Assembly (NCBI GenBank): GCA_002189035.1 | Contig: NEEC01000011.1 | Coordinates: forward strand, 2,356,001 to 2,420,000 | Length of the DNA: 64,000 nt | Direction of reading: 5' to 3' | Origin: Utricularia gibba | Lineage: Eukaryota > Plantae > Magnoliophyta | In this document: piece by piece, positions 51,939-64,000 of the stretch | Layout: each line of letters begins with the position of its first letter | How positions within the stretch are numbered: the stretch's first letter is position 1 | Translations under genes and position numbers: made by a program | Notes under the pieces: generated by a model | Databases searched by the model: none | Seen by the model: only the letters and a program-made list of their open reading frames with translations | Told to the model about the DNA's origin: nothing

Positions 51939-54531
51939 TCATTCGTACAAGGTTTGGTCGTTCCTTGAGTAACTCCGTGGCCTGTAGAACCCATTCCCTC
52001 TTTGTGGCCGGATGTAGTCGCCTTCGTCTTGATTGTCGATTCTCCGGCCGCCCCTCGTGCCGTCCGTCGAGTAACTTCCCCTGCCTCTGCCTCTGCCTCC
52101 TGTTGGGAAGCAATAAGGTTACTTGAGGGTAACGGGGAATGAGGGAAGACAGTTTTGAATGCTTACTCCCGCCTCTGAACAGGGTGCTTCTGTTTGGCCT
52201 CCGGCCTTCGATGTATAGCTGGTGACCTCGGATTTCAACGGCGGATGCCTGTAACGGAGGATCAAACCATGAAACTCCATTGTTGGAACAAATGGTCAGT
52301 TAATCAAGGTGCGTGGTGAGAGCCTGGGGGAGTATTATGCAAGTGGAACATAGCACTACGCCCATTGGATGGGTTGGAGCTTGATAGAGGATCCTTAAGA
52401 GGTATGTCTAAACTTGAGAGCAAAATGGGATTACCTTGATCGCGTTTTGGACACCAGACATGTCTTCAAATTCAACAAAAGCATAGCAGGCATCGATGTC
52501 CTGCAAACATTTTCCACCATGGTTCTGATATGTCGAGGAGAAAGAAGTGCAGAACCGAATATTGACAATGAAGCAGGAGACAGCAGGAAAAGCCCACCTT
52601 CCGTGTCCGAATGGCCACTCCCTCGGTAGTGAGTTTACCGAACTTCTTGAATTCTTCCCCAATTTCAGAGGCAGACATATTTGTAGGAACATTTTTACGT
52701 ATACCGACTTCATTTCAACTGCCAGAAAAAAAGAGGCAGTAAAACCAGAGGATTAATGAAGAAGGTAATGTTGACACAAGCACTTTGACATTATTTCACT
52801 ATATAATGAACAAATAAACAAGTAGAGATAAACATAAAAAGTTACCTTCATCATCCAATGGTGTTGTTTCGTCCAGAATCTCAAGACCAGAGAGTTCCAG
52901 AGTGTTTGATGGTTCAGTCAATGGGGTTTCAGGAATTTGCTGCAATTCTGACCGGGCAGATGGCTTGTTCATAGCTGGTGGAGGCTGTGACTTTGCAACT
53001 ATAGAAGCATAGGTATGTTTCTGGGGCTCCCCAACCGGCTCTGGAACCGGGGAAGAGAGACGATCCGGCAGGGAACTCACAGTTCCCGCTGAAGTATTTG
53101 AGTGGACAGCAAAGGTATCCTCCACAACATTTCTTGATTCGTCAGCCTGCTGATTTTGCTCCTCGAGGTAGCCATAATTGTTAAGATAAACACCATTTTC
53201 AGTTTCAACCGCAGGGTGAAATTCTCTGGAATGAACATCTTCAGCTAGGATGTAATTGGGCACTGGAAAGGTTACCACATGAGTCTCAAGAAGCAAGGTT
53301 GCAGCTCATATTTACGCAAAGAAAATGATACACTCATGCCACACATGTTCATGGAGTAAGGAAATCAAAATTCAGTAACCATGCACAAACACCATTCGCC
53401 GGCCAACTCCTTGAAAACATTTTTCCTGGCTTAAACGAACACAAAAGAATTCCCTTCGATTTTAATTCTAAAAAAACAATTCAAAGAATCACATCAGAAA
53501 AGATGGCTGAGAGAATGAACCTGGTTCTTGAAAAGAATGGAGCTTTGACTCAAGATTGCTCTTATGTGTGTATGCCATCGGATGCTGCAGAATTTGTTCT
53601 TCGTCGATATAATGGAACATATCAGTAAGAACAAAGTAGCCCTTATCTTGGGGGGCAAGAAAGAAGGTCTCCATAAATTGCCTTCTTCCACTGAAACCTT
53701 TTAGACGAACTGAACCAGAAACCATTACTAAAATACCGTGGTTCCAGGATTGCAAGGAGTGTGCAGTCTTGATGTCTATTTCCACATAGTTCAGGGACAT
53801 TACAAGCTGGTGAATTTGCTGCAATTAACAAAAAAAAATCAGATCTCCTCCACTAAACATATCCATTAAGAAACATATTTACGATGCAACAGACATTCTA
53901 CTTCGTAGCAACAAGAGATAACATGACCATATTATAGTAGGTTCACATTCAATCTATCGACACATGAACACTTGGAAAACAAAACAAAAAATGGCCAAAA
54001 AAGTACCAGCATGTCGCTGGCAGAATCCATCAAGTTTCCATCAACGCGGAGCATGGTGCTGCCATCACTATAAAACTGATGGAGGAAACTTGGCCGATTC
54101 TGAAGCATTTGGTAGTATTGCTTGACAAAGTAAGTACCCACCTACAAAAATTTGACGAAGTATCACCAAAATTATCCACAAACAACAACAAAGAATACCA
54201 AATGCATCTTTTCTACAAATAAAAATGCTTTCTTTATCCGTCCTCGTAGCCATAAACAAAACTCAATCCCGTTACCCAAACACCCAATTAAAAGTCACTA
54301 TTCCTACATTCAGAATGTCACCATATACCCTCAGCTATTCCAAGTAGTAAAAAAGCATACTCCCTCAAAATGTAAACTCCCTCAGAAGTATTCCGGCACC
54401 CAAAATTCTGAGATACAACAATATTTTTCGCGCAACAGCGGCAATAACATGAACCAAAAGTTTTTGAAAACCAAGGAATGATAAATACGAACCTGGGCAG
54501 CAGTGACCGGTAGAGGAAACGTCGCCGCCAT
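51939..54531 (-). CDS. NTF2-domain + RRM + RGG protein (G3BP-like)
   Basis: MAATFPLPVTAAQ / VGTYFVKQYYQMLQNRPSFLHQFYSDGSTMLRVDG / DIKTAHSLQSWNHGILVMVSGSV...FMETFFLAPQDKGYFVLTDMFHY. RRM KSVYVKN...ACYAFVEFEDMSGVQNAIK, then an RG-rich tail. Confidence 0.9.
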
Positions 54532-54899
54532 TGAAGAAACCCCAGATCTATAAACCCTCCCAATCAGCAAGATCTGCAAAAGGAGGAGCAGCTACAATCC
54601 AGTACAGCCCCAATTCCTAGTCAACTTTCCACATTATCCCTTCGCCCCCGCTCTCCGAGTTGGCTTACTATTGGAAACAAGCGACGCAAAAAAGGAGCCT
54701 TGGACTTTCTGCTGCTAGACAACCATTGGATCTTTATTTTTTTAAAAAAAAATAAATAAATACATATGGATGCAAAATTGCAAATTATAAAATCTTTGAA
54801 AAATAATAGAAAATCTTTAAATATTTCTTTTCAATAAAAGAAAAAGGAAGTAAATATCAAGAAACGACTCCAGGGCCCAGGCTCGCAGCCGTATTGAAA

Positions 54900-55820
54900 G
54901 ACGCCGGGTCTGGATGTTGCAGTTCAGATGTTCGATGAAATGTCGGACAGGGATGAGGTCTGCTTAGCCGCCGTGATCAACGCCTTCGCGAGAAATTCTC
55001 GCCACGTTGATCCTTTTACGGTATTTCGCCGAGATCGACTTCTCATAGTGCTTCCGGCGCGATGCGTGGACCTTCTGCGACGGCGATGCTCGATCATTGT
55101 ATGGTGGCTATTCATGCACATGCTCGATAAATCCAGCGTTGATCGACCGGTACGGCTTTGCAAGATATTCTTCTTCACAGTATTTCGCCGAGATCGACTT
55201 CTCATAGTGCTTCCGGCGCGATGCGTGGACCTTCTGCAACGGCGATGCTCGATCATTGTACGGTTGTTTTTCATGAGCATGCTCGATAAATCCGGCGTTG
55301 ATCGAACGGTAATGCAAGTGTGGCCTAGCTCTTTCGAATGGAAAGTAAACATGGAAGGGATGAATCTGCTAGTGAGCTTTTCATGCCTATGGAAAGGTAA
55401 AGAAACAGAGTCATATGGTTATAGGTCCTCGGCAGCTGTAAAGGCATTGCTCAAAAACATGAAACAGAGAACAGGGAACAAAAACATGAAGCTGCATTGC
55501 ATATCAGAGTTGCAGGTTGAGCACTGCACATGTTTTAGTGGGCGCATCGGGACTGAAGGAAGATTACATGACGCAGAGAAAGTTCCGCAAACAAGGGAAA
55601 CCCTAAACTTGCTAAGAGGATCAGCAAGAAGCTCTGTGATATCAACGGGGGCAATGATTGAGGCTTTGTCATTTTAGATAATGCGGAAGCAAGTGACAGA
55701 TGATGCAACAAAGGTAACGAAATATGGAAGATGATGGAATAAGAAGGCGCAGCTGAGAAGAGGGAAATCCTAGAAAAGGATAAAGAGAGTCTAAATGGTA
55801 TGGTGATACCTGGTGAGTGA
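54900..55820 (+). pseudogene. Decayed PLS-E PPR gene fragment
   Basis: PPR-like pieces in changing frames: MFDEMSDRDEVCLAAVINAFARNS, SASGAMRG...IHAH, EHCTCFSGRIGTEGRLHDAEK (compare EHYTCLVxxLGRAGRLxDAE), and E-domain-like EIWKMM. Many indels and stops. Confidence 0.7.
55018..55311 (+). repeat. Direct tandem duplication, ~134-bp unit with a 159-bp period
   Basis: GTATTTCGCCGAGATCGACTTCTCATAGTGCTTCCGGCGCGATGCGTGGACCTTCTGC... begins at 55021 and again at 55180, with few substitutions. Confidence 0.95.
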
Positions 55821-56176
55821 AGCAGGGTTTCTGAACTCAGAATCTCAAGCAAGCTTACAATTCAGTAGCAGAAGCAAAAAACATGACGTGATTTAAGAAC
55901 AGGGTAACGAAAGCACCAGCTCAGCAGTACTGAATTGAAACTTCGAAGCACCAGATCTGGAAAAGGCTATTTTTATTTCCAAAGAAACCAGGAGCAAGAA
56001 CAAAGAGAAGCGGCAACAGTAAGGCTATGACATAGAAACTGGGAGCAATTCCCAGAGATCAAGGTTCTGCAAATAAACAGATAAATGCATAATTCAAGCA
56101 AAGAAGATCAACTAAAGCCAGCAACTCACCATCCAATTCAAAATGCTCATAAAGTGAAACATCAGAAATGGGCAAA

Positions 56177-56494
56177 TCACTTGGGCTGGGCCACGAATGC
56201 CGGCTGGCCACCTGCAGCGCCTCCGAGAAGTGATGCCTCCTGCATCGCGGCTTCGTTGAACTGTGCTTCCCGATCCATCTCAATTATCAGCGGAATCCCT
56301 AGAACGATGAAAGTGGTGGCAGCAATCCACGCCGCGCGGCCTGTGCTCTTCAGTAGGCGCTTGGCTACATATCCGACATCGCTAGCAGTGGACTTTCCCT
56401 TCTTAACTATGGATGACTCGTTGATTCGAGAAAGGATTCCATCGCCGCCGCTGCCGGACTTTTTCAGGGCAGAGCGCTTACCTGATGAAGCCAT
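56177..56494 (-). CDS. TOM9: Mitochondrial import receptor TOM9 (plant TOM22 homologue), intronless
   Basis: MASSGKRSALKKSGSGGDGILSRINESSIVKKGK...AKRLLKSTGRAAWIAATTFIVLGIPLIIEMDREAQF. Confidence 0.93.
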   Translation of the reverse strand: MASSGKRSALKKSGSGGDGILSRINESSIVKKGKSTASDVGYVAKRLLKSTGRAAWIAATTFIVLGIPLIIEMDREAQFNEAAMQEASLLGGAAGGQPAFVAQPK

Positions 56495-56736
56495 CGGCGG
56501 AAAGGGGAACTTCGGTGGTGTCTGCGAAATCAAAAACCCTTGACGCTCACTTTTATTTTTATTTCATTTTTATATTTCTATATTTACATAGCTGATGACC
56601 AAATTACCTCTAATTTAGTGCTTTTATTATATTCCTTCTTAATTTGGCTTGTGCAAGTCGAACTCGTGAGGGTATTCAGGACATCTAGTCAAGCGGTGTC
56701 TCTTCTATTTCCCCTAATCTATCTGTTCTTTGGAAC

Positions 56737-58184
56737 ATGGCGACTGCACTTCCGGCGGCGGAGATTTCAGGGGAGGCGGCTCCGGAGAAGCAGCCCCATT
56801 ATTTGGAGAGGAAGTGGACTTTTTGGTTCGATAATCAGTCCAAACCTAGGCAAGGAGCCGCATGGGGCTCTGCTCTCCGGAAAGTTTACACCTTCGATAC
56901 CGTCGAAGAATTTTGGTGGTACGTATGAAGTCAGATTCGAAGTTTAAACGGAAGACCTAATTTTTGTGGTTTTTGGACTTGGTTATCCTTTAGATCTAAA
57001 GCTTTCTTTGTTGCTTAGGGTTAGAAGCCGCCCCCTACGTTAGTTTTTCTAAACCCCGAGCGGCTATCTATTAGCGCTGGATTCCTTAAGTTGAATAAAT
57101 ATCTATTGTTACTTGTAAGGTGTATTCTTTCGGTTTAATACGTAATGTTCTGTATGTACTGCAGCTTATATGATCATGTGTTCAAACCGAGCAAATATCC
57201 GGTGCCTTCTGCTGACTTTCACTTATTTAGAGCTGGGGTGGAGCCGAAATGGGAAGATCCTGATTGTGCTAGTGGAGGGAAATGGACTGTTACAAGTAAC
57301 CAAAAATCTAATCTGGACAAAATGTGGCTTGAAACTGTAAGAAACACTCCATCTTCATGATTCATTACAAGTAACAGGAGTTCATTGTTCATAGTGCCCT
57401 TGATATTCAGTTTGGCTGTTTTCTAAACTCCGAGTGATTTTGATCCCATGGCCCATCAGTTAATGGCTTTGATCGGGGAGCAATTTGATGAGGCCGATGA
57501 GATTTGTGGTGTGGTTGCTAGTGTCCGCCATAGGCAAGATAAACTCTCATTGTGGACCAAGAACGCAGCAAATGAAGCGGCCCAGGTACTTTTTTCATGT
57601 TAATCTAGCCTGCCATTATTGTGGACCAGAATTGCATCCATAGAGACCGCATATTGAATGTTAAACTCTTCTGTTGTCAATGATCCTACTACATCATGTT
57701 TGTGGGTACTTTAAAGCTTTTCCTGGATGGTGATGCGGTGTAACTCAAACACAAAAAAACATATGATATTTTTGGCTCAGCCCTTCTCAAATCTGATGTT
57801 TCGTCTTACGTTTTTCGAAATCTGTACAATCTTTCTTATCATACAAGACTGAAAATCTGGCCTAGAAACTATCCTCATTGTTAAAGTTGCTTGCCAGTTA
57901 CCATATAAATTGGGCTGCATATATCTGCTAATACTACCAGGTATGATCATCGGAGTTTATCTCTCAGCATTTTAAATGTCTGTGTCGCAGATGGGCATCG
58001 GACGGAAGTGGAAGACAATACTGGATGTCACTGATAAGCTTTCATACAGCTTCCATGTGCGTTTTTTGATCCAACTCCAGTGTCTGCTGCACTTCCATTT
58101 CCTGTTCTCAACTTCTCCCCTCCTCTGTGAACACAGGATGATTCCAAAAGGGAAAGATCCACAAAAGGACGATACACAGTCTGA
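56737..58184 (+). CDS. eIF(iso)4E: Eukaryotic translation initiation factor isoform 4E, 5 exons
   Basis: [25 protein letters not shown]...FDTVEEFW / [16 protein letters not shown] / [23 protein letters not shown]...[15 protein letters not shown] / MGIGRKWK / [15 protein letters not shown]. Confidence 0.95.
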
Positions 58185-59073
58185 TGATGATGGAAGCATG
58201 ATGCATCACCGAGCTTCTTACTACAAAAAGAAGCAGAGCAGAGCCTCTCCTCCCTGTGTCTGTGTCTGTGTCTGTCTGTATTATCCACCTTCTCGCATTC
58301 AGAATCGCTCTTTTTCCAGCATTTTATTTCCCAAGAACAACTTCCGTTTTCATCAGAACGGTCGTCCCAAACGGGGCTGCCGATCTTCCAGTCAAAATTG
58401 GTCTTCTTCGTTACATTTATCACAGTATCTGACTTCCACGATCCACTTCTCGGACCAACGGCATACCTCAGGGATAGCCTCGTAGACGCAGCATTAACAT
58501 CTCTCCCTGAAAATCCGCATTCGGCGGTTGTGTCCTTTCGCGGCAACTCCGGCCGCCGCCGCTATCACCCCCTCCGCCTCCCCTGCCGTGCCCTCGGTTT
58601 TCGAATTCGTATAACTATAATGTTTGTTTTGAAATTACTCTTCATTTTTAAAATTTCTGAATAAATTCTACAAAAATAGAATTCTTGAGAGCCAATGGGA
58701 TGCGTCCACGTGGAAACCGACAATGTTGACTATTCAAACCTTTCAACGCCATTTACGCGCTCTACATTCTAACCCGCCTTGAAGTCAACCCCTATTTACT
58801 CGTCATTAAACCCTAATTCCCATTTGCAGGTGTGATCCCTCCCAATTCCACCCCCACGTGACGATATTTTCCGATTTACTATTTTTCTACAGTTAAATTA
58901 ATACAAATCTGGATACCGCGGCCCCACTCACTGCTACACTAGGCCTGAGGAAGCAGGAGTCAAGACGAGTTCCACCACGGCGCCTCCTCCGCCCTATAAA
59001 GAACGGCTCGCCTCCCTCTCCCTCGGCAGCACACAGCACCTCCCTCCTCCTCCTTCTTCCTCTTCTTCGCCTC

Positions 59074-61172
59074 ATGGACGTCTGTGGAGAAGACGGCGCC
59101 GGCGCGTACACACAGGACGGCTCCGTCGACATCAAGGGACGGCCTGTTCTCCGATCCAAAACCGGAGGATGGACCGCTTGCTCCTTCGTCGTAGGTTCGT
59201 CTTGTTCCCCTGTCTTCACTTTCATGCCTCTTGTGTTCCAGCAGTTGTTAAAAAGTAACTGCAGAGAACAAGTTTTTAAAAGGGAATGGCGGCATTTTAC
59301 CTTCTTGTTTTGCTGATTAGGGCGTGGTTAATTAGCTGTTAATAAGGAGGATTAGTGGTTGATTTTTGGTTGTTTGAGGTTGCAGTGTACGAGGTGTTCG
59401 AGAGGATGGCTTACTACGGCATATCTTCGAATTTATTGATATACCTGACGACGAGGCTGCACCAGGGCACTGTGGAGGCGGCTAACAACGTGACCAACTG
59501 GTTGGGGACGGTCTGGTTGACTCCGGTGCTCGGCGCGTATGTCGCCGACGCCCTCCTCGGCCGCTACTGGACTTTCGTCATTGCTTCTGCAATCTATCTC
59601 ATGGTACTATCGCATTTCAGTACTGTCGGAGATTCGGAGGTTTCTTAACGATGGCGACTTTTGATTCTCAGGGAATGTGCTTGCTGACTCTCTCGGTGTC
59701 GGTGATTCCTCTGAAGCCGGACCCGTGCTCCGACCCCACCGGCGCGAGCTGCCCGAAGACCACGACTTTGCAATTGGGAGTCTTCTTCGGCGCTCTCTAC
59801 ACTCTGGCGGTCGGCACCGGCGGAACCAAGCCCAACATCTCGACCATCGGCGCTGACCAGTTCGACGATTTCGATCCGAAGGAAAAGTACCATAAACTCT
59901 CCTTCTTCAACTGGTGGATGTTCAGCATCTTCTTCGGAACCCTTTTCGCCAACACCATCCTTGTGTACATCCAGGATAACGTCGGATGGACTCTCGGGTA
60001 CGGCCTTCCGGCCGTCGGATTAGCCATCTCGATTGCTATCTTTCTCGCCGGAACGCCCTTCTACAGACATAAAATACCCACAGGGAGCCCTTTTAGTAAA
60101 ATGGCCAGAGTCATTTTGGCCTCTCTCAGGAAGTGGAATGTGCTCATCCCCTCTGATACCAAGGAATTCAACGGCGCCGATCTTGCCAAGCAACCGCCGG
60201 ATTCCACGTCGCTGAGGTACGGCCGTCGGGTTTTGGAAGATTATCATTAAGATTCGAATCTGAACATTCCGATGCAGGTTCCTGAACAAGGCAGCGGTGC
60301 AGACGGGCTCCACGAAGCGATGGATGCTCTGCAGCATAACAGAAGTGGAAGAGACGAAGCAGATTCTGCGGATGCTTCCAATCTTGGCGACCACCTTCAT
60401 TCCGAGTACGATGGTTGCGCAGATCTCAACCCTCTTCGTCAAACAAGGAACCACCCTGGACCGCCGGTTCGGCTCCTTCACAATCCCTTCTGCCTGCCTC
60501 ATCGCCTTCGTGACCCTATCCATGCTCATCTCAGTCGTCATCTACGATCGCGTCTTCGTAAAAGTCGTCCGGAAATTCACCAAAAACCCTCGCGGGATCA
60601 CTCTCCTGCAACGAATGGGGATCGGGATGCTGATCCACGTCGGAATCATGACCGTCGCGTCACTGACGGAGACCCATAGGCTCCATGTAGCCAGAGCTCA
60701 GGGAGATACTACCAAAGGGAATATAAGCATACTCCCCTTGTCCATCTTCATCCTCCTCCCGCAGTTCATTCTGATGGGCGTCGCCGACGCCTTCCTCGAA
60801 GTCGCCAAGATCGAGTTTTTCTACGATCAAGCCCCTGAAACCATGAAAAGCTTGGGAACTTCGTACTCCATGACAAGCTTGGGAATCGGGAATTTTCTGA
60901 GCAGCTGCCTTCTGTCATCCGTCGAGAAGATCACTAAGCGCAATGGCAGTGGAGGGTGGATCGAGAACAGCCTGAACGCATCCCATTTGGATCACTATTA
61001 TGCCTTCTTGGCGATCCTGGCAGCGATCAACTTCGTAGCGTTTCTGCTGATTTCCCGTATTTACATTTACAAGGAGGAGGTTTCGGATTCCATGGAAATC
61101 CTCAAGGAGGAGCTGGAGAAGAAGGGGGCAATTAAAGAAGTAACCTTGAGTGAAACCAAGAATGGAAGATGA
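59074..61172 (+). CDS. NPF5.2: NRT1/PTR family transporter (NPF5.2/PTR3-like)
   Basis: YTQDGSVDIKGRPVLRSKTGGWTACSF, ExxER motif YEVFERMAYYGISSNL, GGTKPNISTIGADQFD, SFFNWWMFSIF, EFFYDQAPETMKSLGT. Confidence 0.93.
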
Positions 61173-61873
61173 AGAACCCAAACCGCTTCCTCTGGTTGAC
61201 ACAGGTGTAAGATAAACAAGAAGATGATGTCTAACTATTTTCAAAGAACATTACAGACTCTGTAATGTTTTTAAATCTTTGTTTATATTATGCAGAAATT
61301 CATTTTATAATTTATGAATGAATTTAATTTAAGTTTTATATATAATATTATATTATATATTTATATCAATTAAATTATTATAAATTTTAATGTAATCATA
61401 TACATATATTTTTAATATATGTAAAAAAATAATGTAATTTTTTAAATTAATTTTTATTTAATATTAAAATCAAGATTTAAAAGTTTTGATCATTCATAAA
61501 ATTAATCTCAAAATTTAAATTTCTAATTTTTACATAAAAAATTAAAATCTATGTAAATCATTTAAAAAATAATAATTTAATTTTTAAATTGATAAATAAA
61601 TCTCTCACACAAATAATTTATTAAAATATTAGTACGTTAAATTATATTGTAATTGATGATCTATACCTTATCTGCATCTATATATCAAAATGCACCTTGC
61701 AAATGTAGCTCAGAATAATATAAATATAATTAATCATACTTTTCCCCTTTTCTTATCTATTTGTTAATTAATTAATGATTTATTTGTAAATTTAGATATA
61801 AATATTCTGTATTCTACTATCAAATCAACTCTAAGTGTTTTAGTTTTTAAACAGTATGACATCTACAAGAGGA

Positions 61874-63490
61874 TCAAACAGGAACCGTTCTGTGTGCCAT
61901 TTCTGTGATCTTCTCTTCTTTCTTGTCTTTTTCTTCTTCATCTACCATGTATTCTTTCGACATTTCTTCCAGGGATTTCCCTTTGGGCTCCGGTATCAGA
62001 AGCGTAAACACCATTCCCAGAAAATTGGCGCACCCCAGAAGGATCAACGACTTTCTGACTCCGATTCCGGCGGGATATCCGGCGTGCTTCATTGGATCTG
62101 GGGACTGAGCGGCGTAAAGAAATCCGAAAGCTCCAACGATGGAACCCGCTTTTCCGGAAGCCGCGGAAATCCCGTGACAGGTGGATCGGAATCTCGCCGG
62201 GAAGATCTCCGCCGCGACGACGAAAGTGGTGGCATTTGGTCCGAAATTGGCGAAAAAGAAGGTTAGTGCATAGATGACTAAGAACCCAATTCGGTTATCT
62301 TTCTGTGTCCAGTGATCGTACGGTATCGCCAGAGCAAACATAAACGCAGTCATGAAGAAGAAGCCCATTAACTGAATTGTGAAGCGCCCCAATTTTTCGA
62401 TGAACCCCATCGTGAACCAGAATCCGGGAAGTGCCAAGAGGGAGACCAGGATCTGGGCTCTGGTGACTTTGAAGACTTCTTCTAAAGCATTCACCGATGA
62501 AGGTATTGGGATCCATTTCATGGAGATGAAAATGTCTTTCTGAAACAGAGTTTGGCTGTAAAACGCGATGCCCATAAAAAACCAGGTACTGGTGGTGCCC
62601 AGAAGATGACGCCCATGGCGGCGGAGAAATTCCTTGGAAAATAAACCAAATTGGTTTCTTCTTTCGTCTAATTGCGACTCAGTTGTCTCCAGATCCACGT
62701 TCAGTACCTTGGACATATCGGCGGCGGCTTGTTTCGCGTTATTGGCGATGAGCGCCGTGTAACGAGCGGTTTCCGGCAATTTTCTCCGTTGGAAGAACGC
62801 GGCGGTCGCCGGAACGGCACCGAACATGAGCATCACACGCCACGCGAAGTCGGCTTGAGGGACAGTGGAGCGGATTGGATCAACGGCGTAGGGCGGAGCC
62901 GGGAACCCCGCCTTGAACGAGGAGGAGAGAATGAGCCCCACCATTCCTGCGGACATACTTCCGATGCCGCTCATCAAATAAACGGCGGCGAGAAACCTTC
63001 CTCGTGTTCTCTTATTCGCGTACTCCGCCACGATCGTCGCGCAAAGTGGTTGACTTCCACCCACCCCGAACCCCACCCAAAACCTAAAGAAACACAGTGT
63101 AGCCATGACGGACGCAGGCCGGTCGCTGAAAGAAAGCCCTGAACCAACGGGAGAGATGATCATGAACACCAGCGCAATCCCATACGCTTCTTTCCGGCCT
63201 ATTCGATCACCAAGCCACCCGAAAAACAACTGCCCCACCAACGCTCCACATAAAATAACTGCACTGATTGCGGACGACACGTTCGGCGGTAGAGTTCCCG
63301 GCATCGGCGATCCCTCATGGTGGTAATAAATGCGGCCAAGAAGCCTAGTTACCAAGGAAATGGAGAATAGATCGTACGCACCGGCGAGAAACCCGATCCC
63401 GGCGACAATTAACGCCGTGAAATGGAACTTTTGCGTCTTCGCCGAGTCCAGAGCATCCAGCACTTCCACCTTCCGCCCTTCTTCCTCCAT
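61874..63490 (-). CDS. PHT1: PHT1-family (PHS, MFS) transporter with a degenerate phosphate-binding site, intronless, 538 aa
   Basis: Colinear with PHT1 over its full length ([77 protein letters not shown]). The PHT1 signature reads [13 protein letters not shown] instead of GGDYPLSATIxSE. Confidence 0.93.
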   Translation of the reverse strand: MEEEGRKVEVLDALDSAKTQKFHFTALIVAGIGFLAGAYDLFSISLVTRLLGRIYYHHEGSPMPGTLPPNVSSAISAVILCGALVGQLFFGWLGDRIGRKEAYGIALVFMIISPVGSGLSFSDRPASVMATLCFFRFWVGFGVGGSQPLCATIVAEYANKRTRGRFLAAVYLMSGIGSMSAGMVGLILSSSFKAGFPAPPYAVDPIRSTVPQADFAWRVMLMFGAVPATAAFFQRRKLPETARYTALIANNAKQAAADMSKVLNVDLETTESQLDERRNQFGLFSKEFLRRHGRHLLGTTSTWFFMGIAFYSQTLFQKDIFISMKWIPIPSSVNALEEVFKVTRAQILVSLLALPGFWFTMGFIEKLGRFTIQLMGFFFMTAFMFALAIPYDHWTQKDNRIGFLVIYALTFFFANFGPNATTFVVAAEIFPARFRSTCHGISAASGKAGSIVGAFGFLYAAQSPDPMKHAGYPAGIGVRKSLILLGCANFLGMVFTLLIPEPKGKSLEEMSKEYMVDEEEKDKKEEKITEMAHRTVPV

Positions 63491-64000
63491 TAAAAACCAC
63501 GATCGTTAATAACAGAAGAAGCTCACCCTTCTCCGTACCCATCTATTAATAACAGGGTTACCGCAGTGATAAAGACACTGTACCGGGTCAAAACCCTACC
63601 TCGTTGCGTTGACTTTTTAGAAGAAAAGTGAACCCTCGCCACACGATTGGACAATCAAAAGCCCTAATCTTCCAGATTAATATTAATTACACATGCTTCT
63701 AGAAGGAATCAATGGGAGGGGCGAAACTGGAACAACACAATTAAATGAGACCCCTCTTTTCAAAGCTGTCGAATTTTGAAGTATATCAAGGAATTAAATA
63801 GAATGACCAAAGGCTGAAAGATCTCAGCCGCTGGATCGTGCGAAATCGGACGGCTCAGCGATATTCTCAGCCCAAGAAGAAGCCAAGTCGGTTGTCGTTG
63901 ACTTTTAATTTTTAATATTTTGTTGCGTGGCGTGGTGTCATTGCAATTTGCAAACATAAAAAGTGCACCGCGGCCCACATCGGATATTGAAATAAAAAAA

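Noticed and set aside
61260-61850. Very AT-rich intergenic tracts (also 22250-22460, 38040-38320, 49330-49850) as MITE or Helitron remnants
   Set aside because: I could not identify terminal inverted repeats, target-site duplications or Helitron CTRR ends by eye.
59645-63142. Many 60-170-aa ORFs antisense to or overlapping NPF5.2, PHT1, GTE4, GOX and other genes in the ORF track
   Set aside because: They are shadow ORFs of GC-rich coding exons with no independent homology or splice structure.
63490-64000. P1BS (GNATATNC) phosphate-starvation element upstream of PHT1
   Set aside because: Only near-matches (CGATATTC, GGATATTG, GTATATCA) were found in the available 510 bp; no exact site.

Overview
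Eukaryotic plant nuclear DNA, very gene-dense with short introns. I count about 23 protein-coding genes, 2 clear pseudogenes and 2 candidate miRNA hairpins in 64 kb. That it is a eudicot with a compact genome is inference; the species cannot be determined from the sequence. Order: endo-beta-mannosidase (partial, -), defensin-like peptide (-), ABO6-like DExH helicase (-), prefoldin 4 (+), LAF3 amidohydrolase (-), PLS-E PPR with a 1-nt frameshift (+), ILP1/NIPA-like C3HC protein (-), glycolate oxidase (+), TLP7-like Tubby F-box (+), MBF1 (-), RAB3GAP2-like (+), mitochondrial MDH pseudogene (+), GTE4-like BET protein (-), API5 (-), RTN4IP1-like (+), Cys-free RALF-like peptide (+), thioredoxin m (+), POR (-), two head-to-head miR482/2118-like hairpins, AWPM-19 (-), NTF2-RRM (-), decayed PPR with a 159-bp-period duplication (+), TOM9 (-), eIF(iso)4E (+), NPF5.2-like (+) and an intronless PHT1-family gene (-). 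Two observations stand out. (1) The PHT1 ORF is intact, but the residues for phosphate binding and proton coupling are specifically replaced. (2) The divergent miR482/2118-like pair carries the NLR P-loop-antisense sequence on the 5' arm, whereas the canonical position is the 3' arm. Exon boundaries were read by eye, and family assignments rest on remembered motifs, not database searches.
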